This document shows positions 30,651 through 41,952 of a stretch of 64,000 bases of DNA, piece by piece. The DNA comes from Bythopirellula sp. GTDB taxonomy: Bacteria > Planctomycetota > Planctomycetia > Pirellulales > Lacipirellulaceae. The notes beneath the pieces were generated by a model. The model saw only the letters and a program-made list of their open reading frames with translations. It ran no database searches and had not been told where the DNA came from. The stretch is from positions 3,968,001 to 4,032,000 of the forward strand of contig OZ244170.1 in assembly GCA_965216565.1 (NCBI GenBank), in the 5' to 3' direction. How positions within the stretch are numbered: position 1 is the stretch's first letter; every line of letters starts with the position of its first letter. The translations under genes were made by a program, and so were the position numbers.

Positions 30651-30803
30651 GGAGGGGCGAGCTTTGACATCGCCCTCCACGCACCGCTATTGGATTTTAG
30701 CGGCGGTTTTGCTACAAATCTGCACCCGCATAGGGTGCGCGATCTTGCAGCCTACGCTAGCGTCGCCCCCCTCTCCCGCATGCCCAGAGATCAAGGACGA
30801 TCC

Positions 30804-32780
30804 ATGAGCAACTTTGCTCGCGCGCTCCGGCTCGCACTTCGACAACGGTTCACCATTTGCGCTGCGCTTTTTTGCTCGCTCGTGGTTGCTTTGCTCTGGG
30901 CCGGGAATATTACAGCGGTCTTGCCTGTTGTGGATGGTGTCATGCACGGCAAGTCGATTCCTGACATGATCGACGAGGAACTAGCGGCGTCGCAAGACAA
31001 GATTGATGGTCTCCAGCAGAAGTTAGCGGAACTGGATGCCGTCGATACCAAGAAGTCATCGTCCCAGATGAGACAACTGCGGCTCGAACTCACTGCTCAA
31101 ACAGCCTGGCGGGAGACCCTCAACACAGCGGATGAGACAGCCAATCGCTGGTTACCCACCACGGCCTTTGGCACCTTGGTGGCTATCTGCCTCGCCCTCT
31201 TTGCCGGCACGGTCTTGAAGAACATCTTCCGCGTTGCCGGTCTGTATCTCACCTCTCGCTTGGGTAAGGTCGTCGACTTTGAACTGCGGAAAGAATTCTA
31301 CCGCCGTAGTTTGCGGCTCGACTTGGTGACTTTTCGAGCGACTAGCACCGGGGATCTAATCAATCGATTCACTACCGAGGTAAATTGGATCGCTCATGGA
31401 GTGATGACCGTCTTTGGCACTGCGGTACGTGAGCCGTTGAAAATGATGGCCTGCTTGATTGGCGCTGCCTGCATAAGTTGGCAACTGTTGCTACTGACGC
31501 TCATCTCCGCACCAGTTGCTGGTTATGCGATTCACTGGTTGGCCAAAGCCTTAAAGCGAGCAAATCGTCGTGCCTCCGAAGAATTTTCCACCGTTTTCGA
31601 TCATTTGGAGGAAAGCTTCGAGTCGATCAAGCTCATCAAGGCCTTCACGATGGAATCGCACGAACGGGGTCGGTTCCATCAGATTTCTAAGCAATACTAC
31701 AAGCGATCGATGCGAATCGCCTTTTACGATTCTCTAGCTAGTCCTGTCGTGGAGGTGATGGGCATTGGCATCATCTTGGCGGTCGTGATGGCCGGTGGCT
31801 ATTTGGTACTTAATGGTGAAACGCACATTCTGGGGATTCGCGTCAGCGACGAGCCACTGACCAACGGCATGCTGACCTTGTTCTATGCCATGCTCGCTGG
31901 GGCAAGCGATCCAGTTCGACGTCTGGCTGGCGTATTCAACCACTTACAACGGGCTGCTGCCGCGAGTGATCGGGTATTTGAGTTGTTCGACCGGACTACA
32001 CGTCTGCACGAACCGGCAGTGCCGATGATGCTGCCCGACAAAGTAGGCAGATTGCAGTTTCAAAACGCCTCGTTCAATTACCAGGAAAACGAACCAGTAT
32101 TGGATCGTGTGACACTCGATGTAATGGCCGGCGAAACGGTGGCTATCGTTGGGCCCAACGGCTGTGGCAAGTCGACATTGATGAACCTCGTGGCTCGTTT
32201 CTACGATCCTGCTGCAGGCTCGGTTATGCTAGACGGAATCGATTTGCGGAATTTGAGACTACGCGAGTTGCGCGGCCGATTGGGGATGGTTACGCAAGAG
32301 ACGCTGCTGTTCAATGACACGGTGGCCAGCAACATTCTTTACGGTTCCCCTGGGGCGAGTCGCCAGGAGGTGATCGCCGCCGCAAACAAAGCCCACGCTC
32401 ACCAGTTCATTACTGAAAAGCTTGCCGATGGGTACGACACCATTTGCGGCAACAAGGGGAACCGGCTCTCCGGTGGGCAGCGACAGCGAATCGTGCTTGC
32501 CAGGGCGATTTTGCGCGATCCCGATATCTTAATTCTTGACGAGGCAACTAGCCAAATCGATGTCGAGAGTGAGCGATTAATCCACGAAGTGCTGGAAAAA
32601 TTCGTCCGCGATCGAACCGTATTCATGATTACCCACCGACCAAGTACTCTGGCACTGGCCGACCGCATCGTTGTGATGGATCGGGGCCGCATCGCCGATG
32701 TCGGTAGCTTCGACGAACTTTCAAATCGCTGCGAACTCTTCCGCCGTTTAGCGCATCTTGACTATCGAGAGAGTGCGTAA
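30804..32780 (+). CDS. MsbA-like ABC exporter (fused TMD and NBD)
   Basis: Multiple TMs; GPNGCGKS; LSGGQRQR; ILDEATS; ITHR; likely ATG at 30804. Confidence 0.92.
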   Translation: MSNFARALRLALRQRFTICAALFCSLVVALLWAGNITAVLPVVDGVMHGKSIPDMIDEELAASQDKIDGLQQKLAELDAVDTKKSSSQMRQLRLELTAQTAWRETLNTADETANRWLPTTAFGTLVAICLALFAGTVLKNIFRVAGLYLTSRLGKVVDFELRKEFYRRSLRLDLVTFRATSTGDLINRFTTEVNWIAHGVMTVFGTAVREPLKMMACLIGAACISWQLLLLTLISAPVAGYAIHWLAKALKRANRRASEEFSTVFDHLEESFESIKLIKAFTMESHERGRFHQISKQYYKRSMRIAFYDSLASPVVEVMGIGIILAVVMAGGYLVLNGETHILGIRVSDEPLTNGMLTLFYAMLAGASDPVRRLAGVFNHLQRAAAASDRVFELFDRTTRLHEPAVPMMLPDKVGRLQFQNASFNYQENEPVLDRVTLDVMAGETVAIVGPNGCGKSTLMNLVARFYDPAAGSVMLDGIDLRNLRLRELRGRLGMVTQETLLFNDTVASNILYGSPGASRQEVIAAANKAHAHQFITEKLADGYDTICGNKGNRLSGGQRQRIVLARAILRDPDILILDEATSQIDVESERLIHEVLEKFVRDRTVFMITHRPSTLALADRIVVMDRGRIADVGSFDELSNRCELFRRLAHLDYRESA

Positions 32781-32931
32781 TAGTAGCTGCCATCCGTTTG
32801 CAGCTTGCCGCGGCTCAATATATCGCAAGGCAGGCGAGAGTCCTCTATGATACTACATAGAGGATACTACATAGAGAGATTTGCCTACGAGACTCCCTCA
32901 CCCCTGCCCCCTCCATCCTAAACCCGTTCCA

Positions 32932-33795
32932 ATGTCGACCCACGAACTCCATACCTTGCACGAACGATCGTTCGAAGGCAACCGATTCGTCTACCCGGTA
33001 TTGAGTCGACGATCGCATGGCATCTCGATCGGAGTGAACCTCAATCCCGACAAGGTGTGCAATTTCGACTGTATCTATTGCCAAGTCGACCGCACCCGTC
33101 AAAGCGAAACACAATTTGTCGAGATGGACGGACTGCTCACCGAGTTGCGTGACGTTTTGCAGTTGGTCGCCTCGGGCGAGATTTTCCGAACCAACAAGTT
33201 CAAAGACACTCCCGTGGAGCTGCGGCGACTCAATGACATTGCCTTCTCGGGCGATGGTGAACCGACTACCTACAAAAACTTCGACGAGATCATTGCTGCT
33301 TGCGCCGAGGTGAAAGTCTCCGCACGACTCGATGAGGTAAAGATGGTGTTGATCACCAATGCCAGTATGTTCCACCGCGACCACGTCAAGCGTGGGCTTG
33401 CAATTCTCGACGCCAATCAGGGTGAAATCTGGGCCAAGCTCGAAGCGGGAACAGAGGAGTACTATCACCTTATAGAACGGACTCCCATTCCGTTTACTCA
33501 GATTCTGGACAACATCAAAGACGCTGCCCAGGTGCGACCGCTTGTTATCCAGTCCTTATTCATGCGAGTGAAAGACGAACCTCCCTCGGAAGCCGAGTTA
33601 TTGGCCTTCTGCGACCGGCTCAAAGAAATTACTGCCGCAGGGGGCAAACTCAGCCTGGTGCAAGTTTACACCGTTGCCCGACAACCTGCCGAAAGCTTTG
33701 TCACTCCGCTGGACGACTCCCAGGTCGACGCGATTGCCGAGTTGGTACGCACTCGCACCGGCATCCCTTCTGCTGCTTTCTATGGTGCCAGCTAA
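32932..33795 (+). CDS. Radical SAM protein
   Basis: CNFDCIYC CxxxCxxC motif; FSGDGEPT; likely ATG at 32932. Confidence 0.9.
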   Translation: MSTHELHTLHERSFEGNRFVYPVLSRRSHGISIGVNLNPDKVCNFDCIYCQVDRTRQSETQFVEMDGLLTELRDVLQLVASGEIFRTNKFKDTPVELRRLNDIAFSGDGEPTTYKNFDEIIAACAEVKVSARLDEVKMVLITNASMFHRDHVKRGLAILDANQGEIWAKLEAGTEEYYHLIERTPIPFTQILDNIKDAAQVRPLVIQSLFMRVKDEPPSEAELLAFCDRLKEITAAGGKLSLVQVYTVARQPAESFVTPLDDSQVDAIAELVRTRTGIPSAAFYGAS

Positions 33796-33880
33796 ACGAT
33801 CTGTCTTTGCGTTGCCGCTAGCTCCAATTATGCTGGTAGCTTAGTCAATCGCTTCTCCGCTGCAAACTTGAAGGAATAAC

Positions 33881-35188
33881 ATGAAGATTGCCGTAGTAGG
33901 CACTGGTTATGTGGGACTAGTGACGGGTACTTGCTTTGCCGACAGTGGCAACGACGTGGTTTGCGTTGATATCGATGAGGCCAAAGTCAAAGCGCTACAG
34001 GATGGAAAGGTTCCCATCTACGAGCCAGGGCTGGAAGAAATGGTGGGCAATAATATCGCGGCGGGGCGGTTGAGCTTCTCGACCGATCTGGCTGAAGCTG
34101 TTAAGCCCGCTGAGATAGTCTACTTGGCAGTGGGCACTCCTCAGGGCGACGATGGCTCGGCCGACCTCTCGGCGCTGTGGGCCGTTGTCGAAGGTCTGGC
34201 ATCCCACCTACGTGAAGATGCAGTGGTTGTCACCAAGAGTACTGTTCCTGTAGGCACCAATGCACAAATCGATGCCCAACTGAAAGCACTCACGGGTCGG
34301 CAGTGCGAAGTCGCCAGCAATCCCGAGTTTCTAAAAGAAGGCGCGGCAATCGACGATTTCGAGAAGCCCGACCGAGTGGTTGTAGGCGTGCGTAGCGATC
34401 GTGCAGCCGAAGTGTTGCGACAACTTTACGCACCATTCTTGCGGACAGAGCATCCTTTTCTCGTCATGACGCCCGAAAGTGCCGAGATGACCAAATACGT
34501 GGCCAATGCGATGTTGGCAACCAAGATCAGTTTTATCAACGAAATGGCTAATCTTTGTGAACGGATGGGCGGCGACATCAACGACGTACGACGTGGCATC
34601 GGCCACGACAGCCGAATCGGTTTTGCCTTTCTCTTTCCCGGCGTGGGATATGGAGGAAGTTGTTTCCCCAAAGATGTACGCGCTCTTACTGCCATGACGG
34701 AGGAGCATGGTCTGGTGCCCAACATGTTGCGAGCGGTCGACCAAGTCAACGATCAACAAAAGCAGGTGATGATCGACAAGATCAAGCAGCACTTTGAGGG
34801 CAATCTATCTGAAAAGACCTTCGGCATCTGGGGCTTGGCATTCAAGCCACGCACCGACGATATCCGCGAAGCCCCGGCACTGGTGCTCATTGATTTTCTG
34901 CTTGAGCAAGGTGCCAAGGTGCAGGTGCACGATCCAGAAGCAATTGGTAATGTGCGCAGCGAATATGGTGATAAGCTTAGTTACTGCGAGCGTCGAGTCG
35001 ATGCAGTACGTGATGCCGATGCATTAGTCATCATGACGGAGTGGAAGAATTATCATCGGCCGAATTGGGATGAAGTGCTGTCCGCGATGCGATCGCCTAC
35101 CGTTTTCGATGGCCGCAATATCTACGAACCCGAGCGCATGAGCCAGCGTGGTATCCGCTACTATAGCATTGGCCGGCCCACGGTTTAG
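33881..35188 (+). CDS. ugd: UDP-glucose 6-dehydrogenase
   Basis: [43 protein letters not shown]. Confidence 0.96.
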   Translation: MKIAVVGTGYVGLVTGTCFADSGNDVVCVDIDEAKVKALQDGKVPIYEPGLEEMVGNNIAAGRLSFSTDLAEAVKPAEIVYLAVGTPQGDDGSADLSALWAVVEGLASHLREDAVVVTKSTVPVGTNAQIDAQLKALTGRQCEVASNPEFLKEGAAIDDFEKPDRVVVGVRSDRAAEVLRQLYAPFLRTEHPFLVMTPESAEMTKYVANAMLATKISFINEMANLCERMGGDINDVRRGIGHDSRIGFAFLFPGVGYGGSCFPKDVRALTAMTEEHGLVPNMLRAVDQVNDQQKQVMIDKIKQHFEGNLSEKTFGIWGLAFKPRTDDIREAPALVLIDFLLEQGAKVQVHDPEAIGNVRSEYGDKLSYCERRVDAVRDADALVIMTEWKNYHRPNWDEVLSAMRSPTVFDGRNIYEPERMSQRGIRYYSIGRPTV

Positions 35189-35398
35189 CTGGCCAATCTC
35201 AAGATCCCTCGACCGCTTGTGCCAGCATGTCGCGATACGATGCCTATTAATTGCAGCTGAGTGCAATGTATGCTTCATTACACTCTGTAAGGATGGCGTC
35301 CGACGGTCGTACTAATGGTATCGGAAAGTGGTTGCCTGCGCAGATCGGAACATGATTCTCCTCAGCTAGACCCTTTCAACACCCCAAGAGTTGATTGA

Positions 35399-36181
35399 AT
35401 GATGATTCATTCCCCTGATCGAATGCTGGCGGCAATAGGACTAGGCATACTGTGCCTGTCGACTATGGTGGCTGCCGCGGAAGATGAGCAGTCCCAGCCA
35501 TCCACAATGGTCGTTCTAGAACTCTTCACATCCCAGGGCTGCAGTAGCTGCCCCCCCGCCGATGAATTGCTGGCTCAAATTAGTAAGCTGAATGACGAAC
35601 ACAAATTGCCCGTGGTGTGCTTGTCGTTTCACGTTGACTACTGGAATTCCCTAGGCTGGAAGGATCCTTACAGCAAGGCCGAGTTCACTGAACGGCAACG
35701 CGACTACGCCCGGGTATTTCGAAATCGCTCGGTCTACACACCGCAGCTAATCGTGAATGGAAAGACGGAGTTCGTCGGTTCCAAAGCTTCCGCCGCTAGG
35801 AAGGCAATTCGCAATGCGCTCAAGGAGAAGCCGCGAGTACAAATCGAGATAACAACTGTGTGGGAGGAAGAAAAGAATCAGTGTGCAATTGAATATTCGT
35901 TGCAAGGTGTCTCCCCAAAAGAGCTTTTGAACATAGCGATTGTTCAGAAGCAGGGGACGAACAAAGTTCCACGTGGTGAAAATGCAGGTCGGGCACTAGC
36001 TCATGCAAATATTGTGCGAAATTTCGAGTCAATCGCGGTCGAGAATCCAACAGGGAAAGTTGCCATTAAGCTGCCAGAAGACTTGTTGAAGCCGCAAGAT
36101 GCCAGAGTCGTCGTTTATGTGCAGAATTCAGAATCAAAAGCAATCTCCGGCGCCATAGCGACGGATGTTCCCTCTAAGTAA
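35399..36181 (+). CDS. Secreted DUF1223-type thioredoxin-fold protein
   Basis: VLELFTSQGCSSCPPAD, FHVDYW, YTPQ, RGENAG motifs. Confidence 0.88.
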   Translation: MMIHSPDRMLAAIGLGILCLSTMVAAAEDEQSQPSTMVVLELFTSQGCSSCPPADELLAQISKLNDEHKLPVVCLSFHVDYWNSLGWKDPYSKAEFTERQRDYARVFRNRSVYTPQLIVNGKTEFVGSKASAARKAIRNALKEKPRVQIEITTVWEEEKNQCAIEYSLQGVSPKELLNIAIVQKQGTNKVPRGENAGRALAHANIVRNFESIAVENPTGKVAIKLPEDLLKPQDARVVVYVQNSESKAISGAIATDVPSK

Positions 36182-36196
36182 GCCAGGAAGATAATT

Positions 36197-36925
36197 ATGC
36201 TCTCTTTCCCCATCACCATCCCAGTACGCTGGCTCATTGGCTGTGGTCTTCTGATTTCGATTGGATGCAGTAAGCAGGCGTCCGAACCTAGCCCCCCTTC
36301 CACACAGGAAACTGCACCAGTGGCGAAAACTCGTGCTCCTTCAGCATCGAGCGATCAGAACCCTGCTTCGGACATGTCTGGCATGGCGAAAATGGCTCCC
36401 GATCCTGAAGCCATCGTCTTCAAAGACAACGTCGTCAGCAACGCCGAGGCTCCCAAAGGTTTAGACGGCCTCGTGTTTTTCGATACGCAGGAAAACCGCG
36501 TGAAGCTGAGCGATTACGTCGGCAATAAGAACGTAGTGCTTGTGTTTACTGAAGGTTTTGCTGGAATGCTCTGTCCGTTTTGCAAGACACAAACCTCTCG
36601 ACTAGTTGCCAATTACGATAAATTTAGGGAGCTCGATACGGAGATTCTCGTAGTCTACCCAGGTACTCGGAACAAATTGGACGAATTTATCGAAGCTGCT
36701 AAAAAGACTAGCAAGTCACAGGTCGATCGTGTGCCGTTTCCCTTGTTGCTGGATGAGAACTTTAGAGCTGTTGACTATTTTCAAATTCGGTCGAACCTCG
36801 CCCATCCCTCAACTTACGTCATCGATAAGACAGGCACAGTTCGCTTGGCCTACGTTGGCAATGACATGAGTGCAGACCGGCCCTCAGTGAGTGCACTGCT
36901 CGAGCAAGTTCGACTGGCAAACTGA
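36197..36925 (+). CDS. AhpC/TSA peroxiredoxin-like lipoprotein
   Basis: Lipobox ISIGC; VKLSDY...VVLVF; LCPFC; PSTYVIDKTG. Confidence 0.82.
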   Translation: MLSFPITIPVRWLIGCGLLISIGCSKQASEPSPPSTQETAPVAKTRAPSASSDQNPASDMSGMAKMAPDPEAIVFKDNVVSNAEAPKGLDGLVFFDTQENRVKLSDYVGNKNVVLVFTEGFAGMLCPFCKTQTSRLVANYDKFRELDTEILVVYPGTRNKLDEFIEAAKKTSKSQVDRVPFPLLLDENFRAVDYFQIRSNLAHPSTYVIDKTGTVRLAYVGNDMSADRPSVSALLEQVRLAN

Positions 36926-37023
36926 ATACCTGAATCAATATAGAGCTGCCAGTGGGTTGGCCGACAAGCTAGAATAGGGTTGGAATCAGATAGTTCTATC
37001 TAGCACAAACTTTTGGCACGGCG

Positions 37024-38919
37024 ATGGTTCAAGACTCGGCAGCGAATCCGCCAGACGGTGCCCCAGCGCAGCGGGCCCCTACGCAAGAAGCACTTTTGTG
37101 GTTGGCGGTGGAGCGCGGGCTGCTCAGCCAGGATGATGCCACCCGGCTAGTTAAGGAGTCGACGCACAGTAGTCGCACCCCTCTGGAAAGCGCGGTCGAC
37201 GAAGGGCTCCTCAACCCTGCCCAGGCGGAGTTTCTTTCGGCTATTGCCGAACCTCAGCGATTCATCAATGGCTACGAAGTTCTCGATTTGATCGGCTTTG
37301 GGGGGATGGGCGTCGTCTATCGGGCGAAGCAGGAAAACTTAGATCGCGAAGTGGCACTCAAAACGTTGCGTCTTAGCTCGCTCGACAACCCAACGTTGTT
37401 GGGACGCACTGAGGTGGAAGCGCAAGTAATTGCCAATTTGCGACATCCCAATATTGTGGCGGCCTACGACTATGGAACTCATGACGGCAAGGTATATCTC
37501 GCCTTGGAACTGGTCGAAGGGGAAGATCTCTGCACGAGGCTCGATCGAGAAGGCGCTCTGGATGAATCTCTGGTTTGGGCAATGGCACACCAGGTGGCTG
37601 CAGCACTAGCCTATGCAAACGAATTAGATGTTGTGCATCGCGATATTAAGCCCGCCAATCTCTTGCTCACCGACCCACTTCCCGGCTTTGGGCTCCGTCC
37701 TGGTGTACCGATGGTCAAGGTTACCGACTTTGGCTTGGCTCTGCGCGCAAATACTTCAGTCGACCAAACGCGCCTTACCTTAGCCGGCGCTGCACTCGGC
37801 ACCTTGGCTTACGTTGCTCCCGAGCAGTTGCAGGAGTCGACCGTTGACCTGCGAGCTGACGTTTTTGCGCTTGGTGCTTCCGTATTTCATATGCTTGCTG
37901 GAGATGCTCCTTTTGCAGGCACTACACCAATGAAAGTGTTAATTGCGAAAACCACCGGCGATGCGAGCTGGCGAGAGTTGCTGCCCAAATCGATTTCACC
38001 GGAGTCGAGGCAGTTGTTTCGCGACATGACGGAGAGCGAACCCGAGGCGCGACTTGGCGGTTACGGCGAATTACTAGAACGTATCGAACGGTTACTTGAT
38101 AGAAAAGATTCTGAGGGCCTCCTGCAAACTACGGCCTTTCTCCAACCGAGAGACGGAGCTTCGCAAGAAAAGCGCAGGCCTGTGAATAAAGCGACGAAGA
38201 CCGAATCGCCCGTGCAGACGCGGCGAATTTCCATCCTAGCCGCTAGTTTTGCGATACTACTCGGTGTATCAGCTCTTCTACTTTATTTGGGCCAGCCAAA
38301 GTCTCGCGCCCTGGTAGATGCCGACCTACCAAACTGGACCACACGAAACAGTGAGCGAATCTATTTTTTTACCGGCAAGCTCCCAACGAATGGACGCCCC
38401 CAGGGGCTATGGAACGATGCCCAAGGCGACGAGGGGGAACTGGTCATGGCCGGTTCGAGTGGTTCTTACACGCTGCCTCTCCGCACAGCGGAGGGTAGAT
38501 TCTTAACGGAACAGTACCTGTTCCGAGTGAATATCAAGCCCCGACAAGCAAGTCGAGTGGAAGTTCACTTTGGTCGTCTTGAGCCGGAGGAGTCAGCAAC
38601 CCGGCTGGTGGTTCAAATTTCAGGGGGTCAAGCTCAACTTGGTTTACGCCCCGGAGCCGATGCAACCTTCAAGCCTTTTTCAGAATTCGAGCCGGTTCGA
38701 TTAGAGACAACTAACCCACTGGCCTATCAAACTCTAAGTATTCGACGCTGGCCAGAAGGTTGGGCTGTAAGCGTGAACGGCACTAGCCTGGGAACCATTG
38801 CCGCAGTGGAAGGCGAGGAGTTCGACCGTATTCAGTTCTTCGTCAACGGCGGTGAAGCCCACTTTGCCGATATCGAAGGACTTCCGTTAATAGAAGCCAA
38901 CAGCGAAGTTGGAAGCTAA
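37024..38919 (+). CDS. Membrane Ser/Thr protein kinase
   Basis: GFGGMGVV, VALK, HRDIKPAN, DFG and APE are all intact; TM; C-terminal beta-rich domain. Confidence 0.93.
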   Translation: MVQDSAANPPDGAPAQRAPTQEALLWLAVERGLLSQDDATRLVKESTHSSRTPLESAVDEGLLNPAQAEFLSAIAEPQRFINGYEVLDLIGFGGMGVVYRAKQENLDREVALKTLRLSSLDNPTLLGRTEVEAQVIANLRHPNIVAAYDYGTHDGKVYLALELVEGEDLCTRLDREGALDESLVWAMAHQVAAALAYANELDVVHRDIKPANLLLTDPLPGFGLRPGVPMVKVTDFGLALRANTSVDQTRLTLAGAALGTLAYVAPEQLQESTVDLRADVFALGASVFHMLAGDAPFAGTTPMKVLIAKTTGDASWRELLPKSISPESRQLFRDMTESEPEARLGGYGELLERIERLLDRKDSEGLLQTTAFLQPRDGASQEKRRPVNKATKTESPVQTRRISILAASFAILLGVSALLLYLGQPKSRALVDADLPNWTTRNSERIYFFTGKLPTNGRPQGLWNDAQGDEGELVMAGSSGSYTLPLRTAEGRFLTEQYLFRVNIKPRQASRVEVHFGRLEPEESATRLVVQISGGQAQLGLRPGADATFKPFSEFEPVRLETTNPLAYQTLSIRRWPEGWAVSVNGTSLGTIAAVEGEEFDRIQFFVNGGEAHFADIEGLPLIEANSEVGS

Positions 38920-38979
38920 CTATCAGAGTCGCAGAAGACCTACCTGCCCCGCTCGCAGACAATTGTCTAGACGATTCAC

Positions 38980-41841
38980 CTAGGACGAAGATCTCTGGCG
39001 ATATAGCGTGTGGTCCACCGCACCTGCCATGGCTGAGAGGTTGAGATCGTGATTGAGAAAATTCGCTAGTTGCTCCGCAGCGTCCTGGGCATTGTCTAAG
39101 ACGTCGCGGTATCCGATTACAAGCCTAGGAATCTTGTACTGATTTAGCCAAGCGTCTACTTGAGAGAGTTGACGCGAAAAGCTCTTAGCAAGTCGTTGCT
39201 CATCCAAGTCGGCCCCACGACGGCCAAGGCGGTCGAGCATGGTCCGTTGCGAACGCAGTACCTCATCGATCTCACGCTTGATGAATACGATGCGGTAACT
39301 GTGCTGGGTTGGCAGGTGGGGTAACAACTGTGCGACGAGTTTGACCACTCGCCCCTTTGCTTCGGGTAGCCATTGCTTGTTCTTGATTAACTGTCTGGCT
39401 GGCTCGTATTCGTAATACCCACGGGGATTGTCCTCATCTGCTGGACGGTTTTCATCAACTAGGGGCGTTATCCCGCCGGCAGAGAGCATCTGCATCATCA
39501 TCGAAGTCCCTGAACGAGGAAGTCCAGAGACAATCGTAACCGTCCGATTCACTGGGACCGCCTCCGACTGTTTCGTAGTGAAGGTCTCAATTGGCCATTG
39601 GAATTCAGAGCTATTCTCTACCTCAATATCTGCAGTATCCTTCCGAAGAGTTTCTTTCTTTTCTACCGGCGCGTTGCGAATTCGCACACGAATCGAACGG
39701 GCCTGCTGCCGATGATGTGTTGCCTGAGGCTGATCACCTAGTCGGTTCTTATAGATTCGAGCCAACCGACTGTGTGCAGCCGCATTGTTCGGATTCTGTG
39801 AAAGGGAAACAAGTAACGCGTCGATGGCTTCGGCCAAACGATTGGTGCGGTGCAGTGCTATTCCGAGCAAATGATGAGCGCGAGGAAAGTGGTAACTCAT
39901 GCCGACTGTCTCGAGAAAGAACTCTATGGCTTCCAAATCGCGACGCTCTGCCAATGCACAACGTCCTAAGCCGAAGAGTGCCCGCGGCTGCTCAGGATCG
40001 ATTTCCAGTACAAATTCAAAAGCTCCACGGGCATCGTCCCATCGCTTTAGCTCGGCAAAGATTTCGCCGATCGTTAGATGCATGTCAACCGACCGAGGTT
40101 TTGCCGTGGCAACTTTCATAAACCGTTTGGCAGCGCCTTCCAAATCTCCCTGAGCTAGTGCGACGAGGCCGCGTAGATAGGGTTCTACAAGTGGCCCTGG
40201 GTTGGAAAGTACTCTACAGCGGCCAAACTCATGTTGTTCTTCTGGCGTTAGGATTGGATTTTCTGTTTGCTCCTCCGCATCTTCTCCTGATTTCTCTGCT
40301 TCTTCTTTGCGACGTTCTTGTTCTTCTTGGATCTTTGTCTGAAACTCCTCGACCTTTACCTGAGCATCTTTGGCGAGTCGCTCTCTTGTCTCGAGCAATT
40401 CGTCGACGATTCGCGCCAGATTCTCGACTTCATCCAGCGATCGATAGCAAAGCATCAGCAAATTGGCAAAGCGAAGTTCATCGGGCCAATCGTGCCACAA
40501 CTCCTCCAGAATCGTCTTGCCCTCGGAAAATCGATCGTCATCCAGATATGCCTGGGCTAGATTGAACTGCAATTCTCGGACGGTCCGCTTGACGGCTAGC
40601 TCGGCATTTTCGCCCGGATCTTCGATGTATCCCAAATCGACGAGTTGCTGCAGCGATTGCCGCGCCTCGTCTGGATCGGTTCGGTAATCTGGCGGCAACA
40701 TTCCGCTATCGCCTTCAACCTTCTCCCAGCTATCGATTGTTTGCACCTCCGGAGTCGAATCAAATATTTCGAGCAGTGGTTTGCCTTGCATATCTTTGCC
40801 AACTGGCAAGTCGAACAGTTGTAAAATCGTAGGTGTGATATCTAAGAGAGATGCCCCGAATACATGTTCGCCCTGCTTGATGCCGGGACCGCGAACCACA
40901 AGGATGCCATAGGGACTATGCTCAATGGCAGGGCCCGCCGGCTCGAAAGGTATGTGGGCCGGGCGCAGATGATCGCTATGAAATCCATGATCAGACATCA
41001 AAATGACAGTCGTTTCGGGACCGGCAAGTTGTAGCAGCACGCCTAGCATCATGTCGTGGTAGCGATAGGCAGCTTCCATGACACCTTGGTACAGATCAAA
41101 ATCTTTCTCAGGAATATGTGGCTGACGTGGTGGATGATACTTCATGAAGCCATGACCAAAGTGGTCGATCGCATCGAAATAGACTCCCATAAAGTCCCAA
41201 GGCTCATTTTGCATAACCGCCGTGGTGGCTGCTTGAATGGTTGTGCAGTCGGCAAGTGTGCGAGCGACCGCTTCCAGCCGCTTGTCAGTCTCTTGGTCGA
41301 TCTCAGCTGCCTTAGGAACAAACGGCAAGAGGTGATCGGCGGTTAGCTCAGCAGGATGCATGCGGAGTCTTCGCAGAGGATCGACCAACCGCTCGGGATG
41401 CACGGTGCCTGGCTGCATAGGCCACGGCTTTCCGGCCGGGGCCATTGCTCGTTGGTAATGATTGGAAATCATGACGCCGTTAATCGGCTCGACGGGGTGC
41501 GACGGCCACCAACCAACGACACACGACCGTAGATCATTTTGATTGAGAATATTCCATATGGCCTTCACTTTGCGACTGGCGCTAGAGATGGGGCGTACGC
41601 GACCCGTATCGGGATCCGGCTCGGTGAACCCGTGCACTCCATGCTTGAATGGTCGGACTCCGGTGGCGATGGTTGTCCAGAGCATGGGCGAGAGAATAGG
41701 CCGCAAGGTGGCAAGGCGCCCCGAAACGCCACTATCGACTAGGCGTGCGAGTGCGGGCATTTTTCCCGCGTCGAGCAGTGGCTGCATGATTTTCCAATCC
41801 GCAGCATCCCAACCGATAAGTAGTACTTTGCGTTTTGCCAT
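38980..41841 (-). CDS. Alkaline phosphatase-superfamily / TPR / sulfotransferase fusion
   Basis: IGWDAAD, PILSPMLWTTIATG, DAIDHFGH and SDHG; central TPRs; SGLPRSGTSMMM PAPS-binding motif; likely ATG at 41841. Confidence 0.88.
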   Translation of the reverse strand: MAKRKVLLIGWDAADWKIMQPLLDAGKMPALARLVDSGVSGRLATLRPILSPMLWTTIATGVRPFKHGVHGFTEPDPDTGRVRPISSASRKVKAIWNILNQNDLRSCVVGWWPSHPVEPINGVMISNHYQRAMAPAGKPWPMQPGTVHPERLVDPLRRLRMHPAELTADHLLPFVPKAAEIDQETDKRLEAVARTLADCTTIQAATTAVMQNEPWDFMGVYFDAIDHFGHGFMKYHPPRQPHIPEKDFDLYQGVMEAAYRYHDMMLGVLLQLAGPETTVILMSDHGFHSDHLRPAHIPFEPAGPAIEHSPYGILVVRGPGIKQGEHVFGASLLDITPTILQLFDLPVGKDMQGKPLLEIFDSTPEVQTIDSWEKVEGDSGMLPPDYRTDPDEARQSLQQLVDLGYIEDPGENAELAVKRTVRELQFNLAQAYLDDDRFSEGKTILEELWHDWPDELRFANLLMLCYRSLDEVENLARIVDELLETRERLAKDAQVKVEEFQTKIQEEQERRKEEAEKSGEDAEEQTENPILTPEEQHEFGRCRVLSNPGPLVEPYLRGLVALAQGDLEGAAKRFMKVATAKPRSVDMHLTIGEIFAELKRWDDARGAFEFVLEIDPEQPRALFGLGRCALAERRDLEAIEFFLETVGMSYHFPRAHHLLGIALHRTNRLAEAIDALLVSLSQNPNNAAAHSRLARIYKNRLGDQPQATHHRQQARSIRVRIRNAPVEKKETLRKDTADIEVENSSEFQWPIETFTTKQSEAVPVNRTVTIVSGLPRSGTSMMMQMLSAGGITPLVDENRPADEDNPRGYYEYEPARQLIKNKQWLPEAKGRVVKLVAQLLPHLPTQHSYRIVFIKREIDEVLRSQRTMLDRLGRRGADLDEQRLAKSFSRQLSQVDAWLNQYKIPRLVIGYRDVLDNAQDAAEQLANFLNHDLNLSAMAGAVDHTLYRQRSSS

Positions 41842-41890
41842 AGTTGTCGGATAGATGTTCGAGGGATGGGTGCTGGCAGTATAGTCCAAC

Positions 41891-41919
41891 AAAAAACGGG
41901 TCGCCCAGGAGACGACCCG
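41891..41919 (-). terminator. Intrinsic terminator between the PEP-CTERM gene and the sulfotransferase fusion
   Basis: Minus strand CGGGTCGTCTCCTGGGCGACCCG followed by TTTTTT. Confidence 0.75.
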
Positions 41920-41952
41920 CAGTGTCTAGATTGGATGCAATGAGGAGGGCAA

